Positions 33,999-47,972 of a stretch of DNA of 64,000 nt are shown one piece after another. Source of the stretch: Eledone cirrhosa (lineage: Eukaryota); NCBI GenBank assembly GCA_964016885.1, contig OZ024740.1:398722001-398786000 (forward strand), written 5' to 3'. How positions within the stretch are numbered: position 1 is the stretch's first letter; every line of letters begins with the position of its first letter. A model generated the notes under the pieces. It ran no database searches and was not told the DNA's origin. It saw nothing but the letters and a program-made list of their open reading frames with translations. The translations under genes were made by a program, and so were the position numbers.

Positions 33999-34909
33999 AT
34001 GAAGGTATTGTTAAAAAATAACAACATACAGATTTAACAAAGAAGTTTATTTATTTTCAACAACAATTTTTAAGACAACTTAAACCCAAACCCAACACTA
34101 GCGCTATTTATATTTACTGGGGGCCAATTTTATTCTGTAATTCTGGTTTCTGTTTTTATTTTTATTTTTAATCGCTTAACTTTTGGATGGTATTGTCCAA
34201 GAAAAACTGTGTTTAAGCAGGAGCTTAAATACATTTTTAATCAATTAAGGACGCTCATAATGAAAATAAACGTTATTGGCGATTATGATAATTCTTGTCA
34301 AAGCAAAGGAAACATCTCCGAACTGGTTGAAAATTGAGATGAGGGGCTTATGAGACCTGTGAAAGCTATGTAGAGATTCTGTCAATGAGACAAGAGTTAA
34401 CAATAAATTTAGATAGTTGCTTAGCAAGGACTTAATTACAAGGAAAGAAGACATGACTCTACTGCCATCTTTGGAAGTGGTTATGCTCAATATGTACAAA
34501 AGGAATATGTAGGAATTCCATGTGAACTATGGATGTAGTGATGTCACTGAGAAGCTGACAGAGAAGAAAGGCTTCATATGTTTCAGATGCACCGGGTTAG
34601 TTAGCAGTAAGGCAGTAGAAGCACCCATGAAATAAGTTATTTTAAATGTATGAAGGTTTCTCTAGAAATACTTGATAGCTTTTTTTATCTTGTTGAATGA
34701 ATTAGCAATGAAGGAGAGTTTCCTGAAATTATAGTAGGCAGAGAAAAAAAATAGATGCATTTCGAGTCTGAAACCAGTTAAAGATTAAAAATCTGTAAAT
34801 TAAGCCTCTTTTCTGTTCTTCAAGCAATACAAGTAAAACTTGAATTCAGCTTTATATTTATTTTTATATGAACTATAATTAACTTTTTCAATCCCTCTTT
34901 AATTCTCAG

Positions 34910-34959
34910 GTTTTAACACTTTTCAAAGACTCAAAGGGTCCAATATGGAGAAGATATCT
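34910..34959 (+). CDS. TK2: TK2-like exon 2
   Basis: TCTCAG acceptor, TCT|GTAAGT donor; (S)FNTFQRLKGSNMEKIS; phases fit both neighbours. Confidence 0.65.
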
Positions 34960-35149
34960 GTAAGTATTAAAAAAATACAGTTATATTGATTTTACTCTTG
35001 TTTTTACATCACTCAGGTATTCAAAGACTCAGCAACTGAAAAACCCAATATAGGCATAAAATGTTTTGTACATTGGATAGATATCGTTGGAGCTCTGTGC
35101 TAAAACACTAGCAGCTCTAGAATTTCTCAGAGAATGTAGATATTCTAGG

Positions 35150-35910
35150 TGTAGGATCAGTCAGCTGATATTTGCAGATGACATGGTGCTACTTAACTTG
35201 TCAAAAGGTAATCTCCAACATGCACTAGATAGGTTTACTGCAGAGTGCTGCACGGTAGGGATGAAAATTAGTGCTGTGAAAACTAAAGCATTCATTCTCT
35301 AGAGAAAGCCTGCACAGTGCGCTCTGCAAGTGAGTGCAGTTGCAGTGAAGATGTAGGAGTTCAGGTGTCTCAAGGTCGTTTTCATGAGTGATGAAAGGTA
35401 GGAGGCTGAATTAAATGCGAGAATTGCTAGAGCTGAGGCAATAATTCACCAACTTCAGCATTCAATCTTGAGGAAGAGGTAAAAACCAAACTTGCTACCT
35501 TCAATTTAGTGTTCATGCCTACCTATGGAACCAAAAGAATACAAGCGGCTGAAATGGAGTTCCTCCAAAGTGTCTTTGGCTAACATTACTCAATAGAATG
35601 CGTAGCTCAGAGATCAGAGAGTTACTCCTGCAGGAGCCATTACACTGCATCAAGAGACCACAGTTCTGATATTACAGACATGGTTAGAATGTCTAAGGAA
35701 AGAATTGCTGAGCAGATTTTATGGGCAATGTCAACTGTCAGGAGACTCAGAGATAGACCACAAGCAAGATGTTTGGATAACATCCATATGTCTGAATGGT
35801 TTTGATTGAGGATTTAGGCAGATCATTTGGAAAGAGTTACTTCTGAAAGAATCCTCTCGATGGGGTGTCTGAGGACTCTGCCTCCATGATCCTCACAGGA
35901 ATAAGTGGGC
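35150..35910 (+). mobile_element. Degenerate RTE LINE fragment
   Basis: LIFADDMVLL...LQHALDRF...GMKIS. Confidence 0.8.
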
Positions 35911-36846
35911 AGAGGAGTGTGGATGCTGGGTAATATGTGTATTAGTTCAGATGGAATCTATTGAGCTTTTTGCTGTCTGCTGTAAATAGTTCATGTGTTG
36001 CTGGCATAGTTGGCAAAACACCAGCTCCATACTCTGTCAACTTGGTTTCAAAGCTAAGATTCTTCCTGTCCAAATGGCCTGACAATGACAATTTTGGCAC
36101 ATCTGTTGATGTCATCATTGATGTGGATGATTCTTGAGAGGACACTGGGAAAGTATATGAGCCTTTGAATGATCTAGAGTTTGATCTTTGATCATAATTG
36201 CAGTTGCCACACACTCGTGTGGGGGTGGTTGGTACATGATGGAGGTTTGCTTTGTGCTGATAGTAATACAAAAGTGCTGTAACTCAGACTCTGAGCCTGT
36301 ATTCAGAACACAGACACCTACTTACAGTGTCCTTTACTTTGGTCTCAGTCCAAAGTCTCTGGAAATTGAAGAAGAGCTTACTATCAGTGCAGTAGCCATC
36401 CCTGCTGTTCTAAAAGACATAAGTCAGCATGGCTAAAAACATTATATTGAAAAGCATGCGTACCAGCACACAACCTTTTGTGACCTGGAATGCTACGATT
36501 GGCTCTCCGTCATGAGGTATGATGTATGATATCATTTGAGAGAACAGAAAAATCATTACATTCATCATGTGTCATAATTTGTTATACCTTTTATTTTCTA
36601 TTTTCTATTTCTGCAAGTCAATGAGAGAACCTCTATGTAGTCACTCAACCTGCTTGAAATAGCCACCAAATCTCCCTATTCCTTCAAAAAAAGGAGGACA
36701 TATTGGATAGTTTTGAGAAAACATCTTTGATTATAAGTCTGCTTGGTTAGGGTTGATTTGGAGCTAAACATCAACTTTCTGTTCATTTATCAAATTTGAA
36801 AATATAGAACTAAAACTGATGTTTACACTTATTTTTTTATGCCTCC

Positions 36847-37070
36847 TTATCCTTTAGCATTTATATTACTCTATATATACTATTGTATTTTCTTGGTGAT
36901 GGCTTTATCTTAGTTATCTCACATAATATCGAATCTATGCTATTTTGATTTTATTTATTTTGAGAACAATACCTTAACATCAGTATGAGTGGTCAGTTAC
37001 AACCGGTTTGAACAAAAAGAGGTAAGAGGATTCTGGCCGGATATAGCTGGTTTAAATGCTAAAGGGTTAA
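36847..37070. mobile_element. piggyBac-like MITE
   Basis: CCTTTAGCA ... TGCTAAAGGG|TTAA; same family as 7743-7964. Confidence 0.7.
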
Positions 37071-37961
37071 TAGGGTTGTTGTCACTGTTCTATCAAATAT
37101 CATACATTTCACTACTTTCTACTTCTGAATAATTTTTATAAATTTAAATTTGAGGGTTATTTCTTTTACTGTTTTTAACTATAATTAAGTTAATGATTTC
37201 TTTTTACACTTATCACCATCATCAACGTTTAACGTCTATTTTCCATGCTTTTCCATGGGTAGATTGGTTATGTTATGATATGTCAGGTCATGTGACCATG
37301 TCTTGCTAACACAGATCTATATTTTGGCTTGGTTTCTACAGCTGGGTGTTCTTCCTAACACCAACCATGTTACAGTGTGGGCTGGGTGCTTTTTATTGTG
37401 GTACCAAAACAACCATCTAACGGTAGTTTTTGTTGTGCCACCAGTATGACCTTTTTACAGGGTTGACTGGGTGCTTTTCATATCACCAGCATGACCATTT
37501 TACAGAGTGGACTGGGAGCCTCTTGTGTAACCAGCACAACCACCATACTGAGTGGACTGGGAGCTGCCTCTTGTCATGTTACCAGTACGACCACCTTATA
37601 GGAAAGACTTCATGCTTTTTTGTTGTCATAGCACCAGATCGCCATACAGAGCGGATAAAGTACTTTTTGTCGTAACAGCTGCATTGTGGGAGGTGGGGGT
37701 GGGCAGATTTGGAGTGTGTCCATCTTTCCATGCTTGTATGGAACAGGAGAGATATTTTAGGAGTGGGGAGAGGAACAAATATGCAAGTTGGACATGGACG
37801 AGGTGAGTGGGATATTTAGTTGGTGAGGGTGAAGTATTAAGAGTGGGAAGGGTGGATGGAGGAAGAAGAGGATTAGTGCTCACTAGTGACCTCTATAGGT
37901 TTGTTTCATCCTGTGCACATGAAAAGGTGGGTCTTCTGTAGTACAGCATAACTCCAGAGAT

Positions 37962-39985
37962 CATCATCATCATCATCACCGTTTTACGTCCGTTCTTCCA
38001 TGCTAGCTTGGGTTAGACGGGTTGTCCTGTTGTGGGCAGTGTCTGGTCGGCTGACCATGCCTTGCTCATACAGGAACTGATTTGGCTTGATTTCTACAGT
38101 TGGATGCCCTTCCTAACACCAACCTCATTTACAGTGAGTGCTGGGTGCTTTTTTTCCGTGGCACCTCCACGTCCACTTTACAGTGTGGGCTGGGTGCTTT
38201 TTTGCCGTGGCACCTCCACGACCACTTTGCAGTGGGAGGGTGTGGAGGCATATTGTCTATATGCTTCAGCTTGTACCCATGGGAGGTCGGGTACTCTGTA
38301 TTACTGCGTGATGCCAGAGGTCACGGTCGTGTGTCATCGCCTTTGAGAGGTGTAATTGGGTAAGGTCGGCTTTCATCACCTCATCCCAGGTCTTCTTGGG
38401 TCTCCCCACTCCGCGGTTTTCCATTGACTTCTAGTGCTCTGCACCTTTTTATGCAGCTGTCATCCTTCATACGCATCACATGTCCATACCAACGCAACCG
38501 CCTCTCCTGCACACAGCATTTGATTCCTCTTATGCTCAGTCTCTCTCTCAATTCATTTATGCTTTGCCGTTTGCGTATATTACTATTACACATCCATCGG
38601 AGCATGCAGGCTTCGTTTCTTTCTAATCTACGTAAGTCTTCCACCTTCAGCGCCCAGGTCTCACTACCATGTAATATTGCTGTTCGGATACACGCATCAT
38701 ACAATCTGCCTTTCATTTTGAGGGAGAAGCCTTTTGCAGCTAGCAGTGGCAGTAGTTCCCTGAACTTCTTCCATCCAGTTCTTACCTTAGTTATTGTACT
38801 TTCTGAACACCCACCTCTGCTGCTAATTCGGTCACCTAGGTAGCAGAAGCTGTCTACTGTTTCTACAGAGCCCTCCCAGAGATTGGTGGTACTTGTTTCC
38901 TGTGGCTGTTTGCTGCTTGCTGTCCCAGCACAGCTGCTACATGTAAGCCTACATTCTTAATTAAGCTTCCTGAGATCCCGCTACATCTCTTGTGTACCCA
39001 TTGTTTGCATTTGGAGCAGAGAATGGAGTTCCTACCTATACCTTTCCTACATACTGAGCAAGGCCATTTCCCTGAAGGGATCTGGGTTCTGTTTTCTCGT
39101 CTACTTACAAGGACCTTAGTCTTTGTCATGTTGACTTTGAGACCCTTTCTTTCTAGTCCCTGCTTCCAAGTTTGGAATTTCTTCTCTAGTTCTACCATAG
39201 ATTCAGCTATAAGTGCGAGGTCATCTGCATACAGGCGTTCCCATGGGCATCTGTACTTAAACTCCTCCGTTATTGCCTGCAGGACTATGATGAACAGGAG
39301 AGGGCTAAGAACAGAGCCCTGGTGGTCACCAACCTGTACGCTAAATTCCTCGCTATACTCATTGCTAATCCTAACTTTGCTGACTGCTCCCCTATACATG
39401 GCTTGTACAGCTTTCACAAGCCATTCATCTACTCCTAGTTTTCTAAGAGCCCACCAGATTATAGCACGTGGAACTCTGTCAAAGGCTTTCTCGAGATCGA
39501 CGAATGCCAGGTAGAGTGGCTTACCTTTAGCTAGGTACTTTTCCTGTAACTGCCTCACAAGGAAGAGGGCATCAGTGGTGCCTCTTCCTGGTACAAACCC
39601 AAATTGCATCTCATCTAGTTTCACCCGGTCCCTAATCAACTGTGCTATAACTCTTTCTGTTACTTTCATGACCTGGTCCATCAGCTTTATACCTCTATAG
39701 TTTGCTCTATCTAGTGCATCATCTTTACCTTTGTAGCAGTTGACAATGATGCTACTGCACCAATCTTTTGGTATGACACCTTCTAGTATTACCTGGTTAA
39801 CAATACGTGTGGTTATAGTGTGACCTACAGACCCAGATGCCTTCAGCATCTTGGCAGCTATACCCGATGGACTGGTTGCCTTCCCCATCTTCATATCTTT
39901 GATTGCCTTACTAACTACGCTGTTGCTGACTTGTACTGCTGGCCCCTCTATAGGGTCTACTTGGGGTAGCGTCTCTTCTTGATCT
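37962..39985 (-). mobile_element. 5'-truncated RTE-clade LINE with RT and a PHD-like finger
   Basis: NYRGIKL, QFGFVPGRGTTDA, FVDLEKAFDRV, HQGSVLSPLLF, YADDL, CSVC..CSKC..HKRC; (GAT)n tail. Confidence 0.95.
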
Positions 39986-40844
39986 CCAATGTAATTTTAA
40001 TTGATTACAATTTCATGACATTAACTGTTAGCTCCAGTTTTTTTCGATTAAAATCTTTACATTTTTTCCCTATTTTTTCTTGCTTTCATTCAATAATAAC
40101 ATATGCTTATAAGAAAAATAATAAATAACTATATAAGCAATTAGGGAGACAACTTTTGATTTTTTTTTCAAATGTATGAAAACTGAAATCAATGACATTG
40201 CGTACCTGAGTTGTTTTGGGGGGGGGGGGGGGGGGGGGGGCTACAAAAGTAGCCTTCATGCAATCGCTCTACCTGTTAGAGCTAGCAGATAGATCTCTCA
40301 GAAACTAAAATCACACCCTACTGTTTTGAAAGAGTAAAGGATACATGAGATAATATAATCCTAGAGATGCCTAAAAAGATGAGATGTCTTTGATTATAAT
40401 GCTGATTTGGAATTAAACACCAACAGTATCTAATTATTTCTCGGCAGGGCATTAATAAATGAGATTTTTTAAAAATACTTATTGATTAACCAGGCATGAT
40501 TGTGTGGTTAAGGAGATGAGTTGTAGTGCACCTGAGCACTGTACACAATAATTTCATTATTATTATTATCATTTCACAATCACCTGGTTTGGGGTTCAAT
40601 GGCTGTGGTGTTGAGTTACTGGATTACAATGGTATTATGTTTATATCTTACAGACACTTGAACAAAATACACAATTGTTTGTTCCATTTAGCCTGCCCAA
40701 CAAGAAAGGAAGAGATACTATCATTTCAAGGTTGCGTGAGTAGCAGCTGGAAGAGCATATATTGTAAACAATTTTGCTTCTAGAAAGAACCTCCAATCCA
40801 TATTAACATGAGAAAAACACTTTAAAATCTAAGCCAAAGATAAT

Positions 40845-40947
40845 ACAGTGAAATTCCGTTATAATGAAATTCATGGAGTATGAAAAAAAATTTCATTATA
40901 CTGAAAAATTTGTTATAATGGTATTCATTGTAATGAAATTTTATCTG
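40845..40947. mobile_element. Short Tc1/pogo-like MITE remnant
   Basis: TACAGTGAAATTCCGTTATAATGAAAT ... ATTCATTGTAATGAAATTTTATCTG. Confidence 0.4.
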
Positions 40948-41038
40948 AATCATCATCATCATTGTTTAACGTCCATTTTCCATATTAATTATATAGTAAA
41001 TAATAATATTTTTCTTTAATTCTTACCTATTTTAACAG

Positions 41039-41113
41039 ATCTGCGTTGAAGGTAATATTGGTGTTGGGAAAACAGAAATGCTCAACTATTTTGCTAAAGA
41101 CCCTGCCATAGAG
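41039..41113 (+). CDS. TK2: TK2-like exon 3 (P-loop)
   Basis: ICVEGNIGVGKTEMLNYFAKDPAIE; AG/GT boundaries. Confidence 0.95.
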
Positions 41114-42409
41114 GTATGTTCATAGATGAAGCATTTCTAAAAGATTTGTATTTATTATATTTTTCTTAATTGTTACTTGAGACTTCATGTGGTTCATTCA
41201 AGCCATTAACTTTGTTTTACTACATGAGACATAAGAGTTGTTAAAGAAAGGTTTACATATCATCTGTAGATGTGCTTTTATTAATGTGATGGACAAGGTT
41301 GTACAGACATGACAACAAATACTGGGATTCATCATCATCATCATTTAATGTTCATTTTTACTGCTAGCAAGGATGTATTTACATATGTACAAGAATTTAT
41401 TTATATTTTTTTACCAATATTCTATAGACCTTATCTGGTAGGATCGTTATTCAAAGTAAATAATTATTCCTAATGAAGAAAAAAAAGTTAAGCAGTAGGA
41501 AAAGAGAGCTGATATATCATGCAAATGATACAAGACACTATGACAAGAAAAAAATTCTGCATTAAAAATTATGAAGACATTCATCTCCATTACTGACTAT
41601 AAGTAGCTTTTGGTTGTTGATCAGTGATGGGATCTGGCTACCTAATAGAATAATTCTACTGCATAACAAATGTTGGTTTTATCCATACCAAACAAAATCT
41701 CATCAGCTTCAGTGAGATTCTCTGATGAAAAACATTTAAATATGTTTCTTTTTTTTTTTTTTTTGTACTAATTTGTACTAAACAAAACCTTTTGTGTAAG
41801 AGGCGTATAGAGTTTGCTCTATGTTCATATGTATGATAAATATATCTGAACCATAGTTTTATTCAACTGGGGATTTGGTTAACTGGAGAAAATAACAGTT
41901 TAAATTGCTGTTAATCGTGCATCTGTTGGTGCCATGATAGAGTGCACTGAATAGAGTGCAAGATTATATGTCAGGACCCCAGTCCAGAGGTTTTGCTTGA
42001 GTACTGTCCTGTCTATGGCAACTTGTCCAACCCATTATAGCACTGAAAACATGCTAAACAATGATGATAATGATACATATACACATACATACACATGCGC
42101 ATACACACATACATTTATAAGGGATCATATTCATTGGTGTTTGCCTGTTCCTTTCCAGTAATGATCACTTAAAATCTGAAGATATAATCAAAGTTCAATT
42201 TTTATGCAATTCATTTGTATATGAACATTTGTCATGGTTGCTAACTATGAACTTCATATATTTTGATAGCTGATATTTTTTCCTCACCCTTTTTCATGAT
42301 TTGAGGAGAAAAAATATCAAATTCATTGGAGATTTTGTAAATGTTCTATTAAAGAAAATGCCATTTAAATTCTTTTTAAAGCATCTAACATTGCTTTTTT
42401 TTTTTTTAG

Positions 42410-42463
42410 ATTATGATTGAACCTGTTAAGAAATGGCAGAATCTAAATGGTCGCAATCTCTTG
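42410..42463 (+). CDS. TK2: TK2-like exon 4
   Basis: IMIEPVKKWQNLNGRNLL (EPV..W motif). Confidence 0.95.
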
Positions 42464-42571
42464 GTAAATTTTTTATATTTTAGCCTTTTTATATTTCTTT
42501 GAAAATTCTTTTTAAAAATCCTACTGAAACCAACACTTTTCCATGTCAGTTTGAGTATCTGTTGCACTCCC

Positions 42572-42621
<50 letters not shown>

Positions 42622-42623
<2 letters not shown>

Positions 42624-42925
42624 GTGGTCGTATTGGTGATATGACAAAAAGTGCCCAGTCCACACTGTAAAGTGGTTGTGTTGGTGTCACGACAAAAAGC
42701 ACCCAGTCCATATTGTAAAGTGGTTGTGTAAGTGTCATGACAAAAAGTACCCAGCTTACACTGTAAAAGTGTTTGGCGTTAGGAAGGGCATCCAACTGTA
42801 GAAACAAAGCCAAAATCAGTTCTGTATGAGCAAAACAGGCATATCTGACCTGGCGTCTCACAATGAAACAACTCATCTAAGCGATGCTAGCATGGGAAAA
42901 TGGACGTTAAACGGTGATGATGATA
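42622..42925 (+). mobile_element. RTE 3' UTR fragment with about 40-bp subrepeats
   Basis: Repeated CACACTGTAAAGTGG...ACAAAAAGCACCCAG units followed by the RTE/SINE-A tail. Confidence 0.7.
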
Positions 42926-43833
42926 TAAATATCATTGATATATCAAAACTTTTTCGTTATTTAATCTATGAATTTTCCAACATATTAGGAAAAATGTTTC
43001 TACAAAAACATGATTATATAGTCCCTTAGACATCTATTTTATTAAGGGCAGATAATGTGTTTACAATAAATATATCTTCAATTCTGTTTTGAAGCGATTT
43101 GTTGCTTGTATTTACTGTTTTACCATCAACAAATATATACAGTTGACATATTTACTAAGCAGAGACATATTGGATGGTAGACATAATTCATCACCTGGTT
43201 TAACACCACCAGCTGGTCCTTAGGTGCCTTTAGTGGAGACAACTCTGTTGCAAGCTAGGTCTGAGGATAAGTCCCTTCTTTTCCACAACCAGTCTTGGAA
43301 CCCCGGGAAAGAGAGTCATGGGTACAGCCTTTTCTCTTCTAAGCTAATAATAAAATAAAATAAAAATTTGAAAATTGTTTTTTGTTGAAAATTATACATT
43401 TCATATGTACAGAAAATTAATCTATCCTTAATATTAAATTCCTTTTCTAGGTTTTATAAGATTTAAAAAACAGATTTTGCTTTTGCTTTTTATTTTTCTA
43501 CTTTTTATCCTCTGCCATTTGCTTGAATAGATATTTGATTTTCCAATGAAAAATAGTTGAGAAACACTTCTTTCTTGGAATGCTGAGCACAATTTCAGTC
43601 TAGAACTGCATGCTAATGAAATTTATTTTACACATTGCTCTGGCTGCTTGCACTAGCATAGTGTATCACAGTTTTGTTGATTAAGTCATTGTAGCAGTGT
43701 CAAGTGTATTAGTCAGCAACTTATATTATTGACAGTAGACTGGTATCCTAATAGCTTAGCCAATTGTGACTTTCAGCATTTTGTAATTCTTTCTTTTCTT
43801 TACTCATGTTATATATTGGTGACTTCTTTTCAG

Positions 43834-43923
43834 GACCTGATGTACCTGGACCCTAATCGTTGGGGGTTAACTTTCCAAACTTATGTCCAACTCACAATGC
43901 TACAAAACCACATGAGTAAATCT
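43834..43923 (+). CDS. TK2: TK2-like exon 5
   Basis: DLMYLDPNRWGLTFQTYVQLTMLQNHMSKS; Q..V...M substrate residues of the TK2/dNK type rather than dCK/dGK. Confidence 0.97.
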
Positions 43924-44657
43924 GTAAGTAGACACTAAATACATTTTACACTAACTGCTAGTTTTCACCCTATTTTAAGATCTAAATTACAAATTTTAAA
44001 CTCCTCTACTAAATATCTTACCAACAGTACTTTAAGTAATTGTATATTTCCAATCCCTAATTATGTTAAATATTCATTAGATAATTCTTTCCTTCTAGTC
44101 TCTGATTCATCATCATATTTAATGTCTATTTTCCATGATTGCATGGGTTAGATGGGTTGTTATGTTTTTGAGGCTAGACTAGACAGGCACCCATGTTTTG
44201 CTCATATGTTCCATTTTTGGTTGAATGCTCTTCATAAGATATTCCCAATACATACTGTATTGGGAATATTTTATTGTGACTCTAGCTCTACCTTACAGGA
44301 TGGACTTGGTGTTGTTGTCGTGGCACCGACACTACTATCTTACAGTGCAAACTTGGTGCCTTTCATTGTGGTAGCAGCATTACTACTTTACAGAGTGGGT
44401 ACAATTCTTACACATTTTTCATACAGTTTGCCATTTTTATGATGAGAAAAACACTTTGTTGCCAATAGAAACAACTCCCTGACATACCTTGCAATTCTTT
44501 ATTAGTGTATCTACTACTAAATCAGGTAGTTGTGATGATGATGGGTGTTAGTGTTAACTTGTTAAACCAAACTCTTAATACAAACATTTTTTTGTAAAAA
44601 ATATGTATTCATTATATTTTTATTTCTAAGTAATTTATTGATTTTTTTTTTTTTCAG

Positions 44658-44731
44658 AATAAACCTGTGCAAATGATGGAGAGATCTATTTTTAGTGCAA
44701 AATATGTTTTTGTTGAAAATTTATACAAAAG
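44658..44731 (+). CDS. TK2: TK2-like exon 6 (ERS motif)
   Basis: NKPVQMMERSIFSAKYVFVENLYK(S). Confidence 0.97.
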
Positions 44732-44799
44732 GTGCATAATGTAATATTTTCCTTCTTTTATACCTTTTCATTATCCTTGTTTGATAAAGACAAGCTGGC

Positions 44800-45200
44800 C
44801 AAAAGGTGTTCTTTTGGATGCAGTCTAAGATGTGTGTCGTTGTAGTAGCAGTAGCAGCAGTAATATTCCAGATGTGAGTTACATTTGTGCTTTGTAGTGG
44901 GACACCAACTGATCAGGGTTGAAATATTTCTCTAGCCCTGAAGACGAAGCCTAAGTTTATTGCAGTTTTGGCAATGTTATATTTGTGAGATTGCCATGAA
45001 AGATCATCAGAGATTGTAAGTCCACCATTTATAGCAAACATCAGACCTTTAAGCTTCATGTATAGATAGTGTAATGCAAGATTCTTTTTTTTATATTTGT
45101 GTATTTGTGTTAGAGAAGACTGAGTTTTCATGTTCTAATTAAAGATTCTTTTGGGGGTTCTTTATGACTGCATCACATTTTGAGATGTTTGAATTCAAGT
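44800..45200 (-). mobile_element. Highly degenerate LINE (Jockey/CR1-superclade) RT-thumb fragment
   Basis: GLTISDDLSWQSH..NIAKTA..LGFVFRAR. Confidence 0.55.
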
Positions 45201-45499
45201 CGGATTAATAAGTTGGTAATTATTAGTCAGAGAAATTACCTATTCTTTGGGGAAATTCTACTATATAGTTAGTAATTATTTTATTGATCCTAGCTAAATG
45301 AAAGGCAAATCTGACCCCAACAGAGTTTGAATTCAGAATATTAAACCAGCCATATCCGGCCAGAATTATCTCACCTCTTTCTATTCAAACCGGCTGTAAC
45401 CGGCTGCTCATGCCAACGTTTAGGTATTCTTCTCAAAATAAATAATATCAAAATCTCATAGATTCGATATTATGTAAGATAAAGCTTTTACTGTTAAAA

Positions 45500-46466
45500 C
45501 TAGCTGACGTACCCAGCTTCGCCCGGGTAAACAAATGATAAGAGAAGACAGGTAAAAGAGAAAATGACTGTATTGGATGTTTGTCTGGTTACAGTATGAG
45601 GCGAGTCCGTGGTGTCTGTGTGATACAAAAAAAGAGTTAAAAAAATATTCCAGATATACCAGATTCTTTGTTGTACCGTTTGTGCATAGTATATTAAAAA
45701 TTGTAGGTGCTCCCACCTAGAATAGTGACCTCTAGGAAATGGTTCATCTTCTGCCTGACTGTAAAACGTGTATCATTGCATAGACGTGGTTGTTCCACGT
45801 TTCTTAAAAGGATGATGGAAGTTCCAATCTTTTATATTATATGTAGATATAGATATAGATAATTAATATAAAAGATGTCCGTCAATGTAAAAAAGGTCCC
45901 TATTTACTTGAAATGGTTTTATACAAATGCCAAATTAATATGGATAACATGCTTATCTATAAGTGGTCAGCTATAATAATAAACAACAAATTATATGACA
46001 AAAATAAATATAAAAGATGTCCGTCAATGTAAAAAAAGGTCCCTATTTACTCCCTTCACAACTCTGTGTATGTTAGACTGACAGACAGGCACACAGACAT
46101 AAACTGCGTGGCGATTGTGGAACACCACACACATACACGCATGGAAACGCACACACTCACATATATTGATAGTTTTTACTTTCTGTGGAATGCTGCACAC
46201 ACGCACACATGTTAATAGTTATTGCTTTCCTTCCCCTCTTATTTCCACACACATCACACACACCTCTCTACACTGACACATATACATGGTGTATCCAACA
46301 CAGTGTTCACACTCTCCCCTCTCACTCCCTCATTGGCATTATGCATATTAATTTCAGTTTGGCGTCGTTGAGGTGGGCGGAGTCGTTTGAAACCTATGAA
46401 CCAATGATAATCGAGAATTATGACACACGGAATACTGACATTATTCAAATTAATATATAGATAGAT
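45500..46466 (-). mobile_element. Helitron-like element
   Basis: CTAG|T 3' end with CCCGGGCGAAGCTGGG hairpin on the - strand; ATCTATCTATATA-type 5' end; internal 44-bp duplication (45865 / 46006). Confidence 0.55.
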
Positions 46467-46487
46467 ATAATAGTAAATATAGAGTAA

Positions 46488-46900
46488 TCATCATCATCAT
46501 CATCATCATTTTACGTCCGGTTTTCCCTGCTTGCAAGGATGAGACGGGTCCTATTCAGCACAGCATCTCTCCACTTGTCACGGTCCTTCGTCATCTCCAT
46601 CGTGAGCTTCAGTGATCTGAGGTCTGCTCTCACCACCTCCGCCCATGTTTTTCGTGGTCTTCCTCTACTGCGTTTTCCTTCTACTGGGATTTGTTGGCAC
46701 TTCTTTACCCATCGGTCATCCTCCATGCGCATCACATGTCCATACCATCTCAGTCTTCTCTCCTGAACACCACAACTTATCCCTCTTATACCCAGTTTCT
46801 CTCTCAACTCATCTACGCTTGGTCATTCACGCACATTGACATTGCACATCCAACGGAGCATGCTTGCTTCATTTCTCTCCAGCCGTCGCATATCTTCTGT
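46488..46900 (-). mobile_element. RTE LINE 3' fragment
   Basis: RRLRWYGHVMR...RGRPRKTW; (GAT)n tail. Confidence 0.9.
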
Positions 46901-47459
46901 AGTTGCTAAAGGGAAGTACAAAGCTAAATATTGTAAATATTTAATTCAGTTCTCTACACTTTCTGCCAACTCACTGCATCTACATTTATCTATATCAAAT
47001 GTAAATGTGAACATTAAATAGCTAAGACATCTAGAGATAAATAAAGAAAATATGATCTACATAGTAGATCTACATCTAGAAATATAGAAATGTATTCTTT
47101 GAACTGTCGGAACTAATTTGTAAGTGAGTTCTAGTATCAATTCAGATGAGTTCAGTGTTTAAGGACATTTATTTTATCAATAAACGAGGAATAAAAAACA
47201 TAAAGGGTGAAAACTTAAGGGTATAAGGCATTTAATCCAATATTGTTCAAGTGATTCTGTCATGTTTCCAAATTACAAGTGACAATAAATGTAAGGTAAA
47301 GGCTAATTCAGTTTAATGTACTTTAGTATATATAAAGTCAACTTTACCTTTCATCCTTTCTGAGGTCAATAAATAGAGTACCAGTCCAGGAATAAGGAGT
47401 TGGCAGAGTTATTAGAGTATCAAACATGTTGCTTTACAGTATATAATCATCATTTTATA

Positions 47460-47788
47460 TCATCATTTTACATCCGCTTTTCCCTGTTTACAAGGGTGGG
47501 ACGGGAACTGATTCTGGCTTGATTTCTACAGCTGGATGCCCTTCCTAACACCAACCTCATTTACAGTGAGTGCTGGGTGCTTTTTTGCCGTGGCACCTCT
47601 ACGACCACTTTGCAGTGGAATGATATGAACCCCAGTCCCTATCATCTCATTTCTACAGCTGAGTAAACTGGAGCAATGTGAAATAAAGTGTCTTGCTCAA
47701 GGAAACAACACATCACCTGGTCTGAGAATTGAACTCACAACCTTTTGATTGCAAGGCCAATGCTCTAACCACTAAGCCATGTGCCTCC
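47460..47788 (-). mobile_element. SINE family A
   Basis: Reverse complement of the 4684 and 18246 copies. Confidence 0.9.
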
Positions 47789-47792
47789 ATAA

Positions 47793-47972
47793 CAATAATT
47801 GTTTCTACTTTAGGCACAAGGCCAGCAATTACCCAGTGCATTACTGGTACTTTATTTTATCGACCCCGTAAGGATGAAAGGCAAAGTCAACCTCGGCGGG
47901 ATTTGAACTCAGATCGTAAAGGGACGTAACTATGCTGGAAAGCATGGCGTCCGACACTCTACCGATACTGCT
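47793..47972 (-). mobile_element. SINE family B
   Basis: Near-identical reverse complement of 26205-26390. Confidence 0.9.

Larger units (their letters stand above)
45340..46913. mobile_element. piggyBac-like MITE split by Helitron-like and RTE insertions
   Basis: MITE body 45340-45490, resumes AATAGTAAATATAGAGTAAT at about 46469, ends TGCTAAAGGG at about 46913. Confidence 0.7.

Noticed and set aside
42622-42780. Regular repeats of about 40 bp, superficially CRISPR-like (also 37340-37680 and 57895-58000)
   Set aside because: Contiguous degenerate subrepeats of RTE 3' UTRs with no unique spacers and no cas genes, in a eukaryotic context
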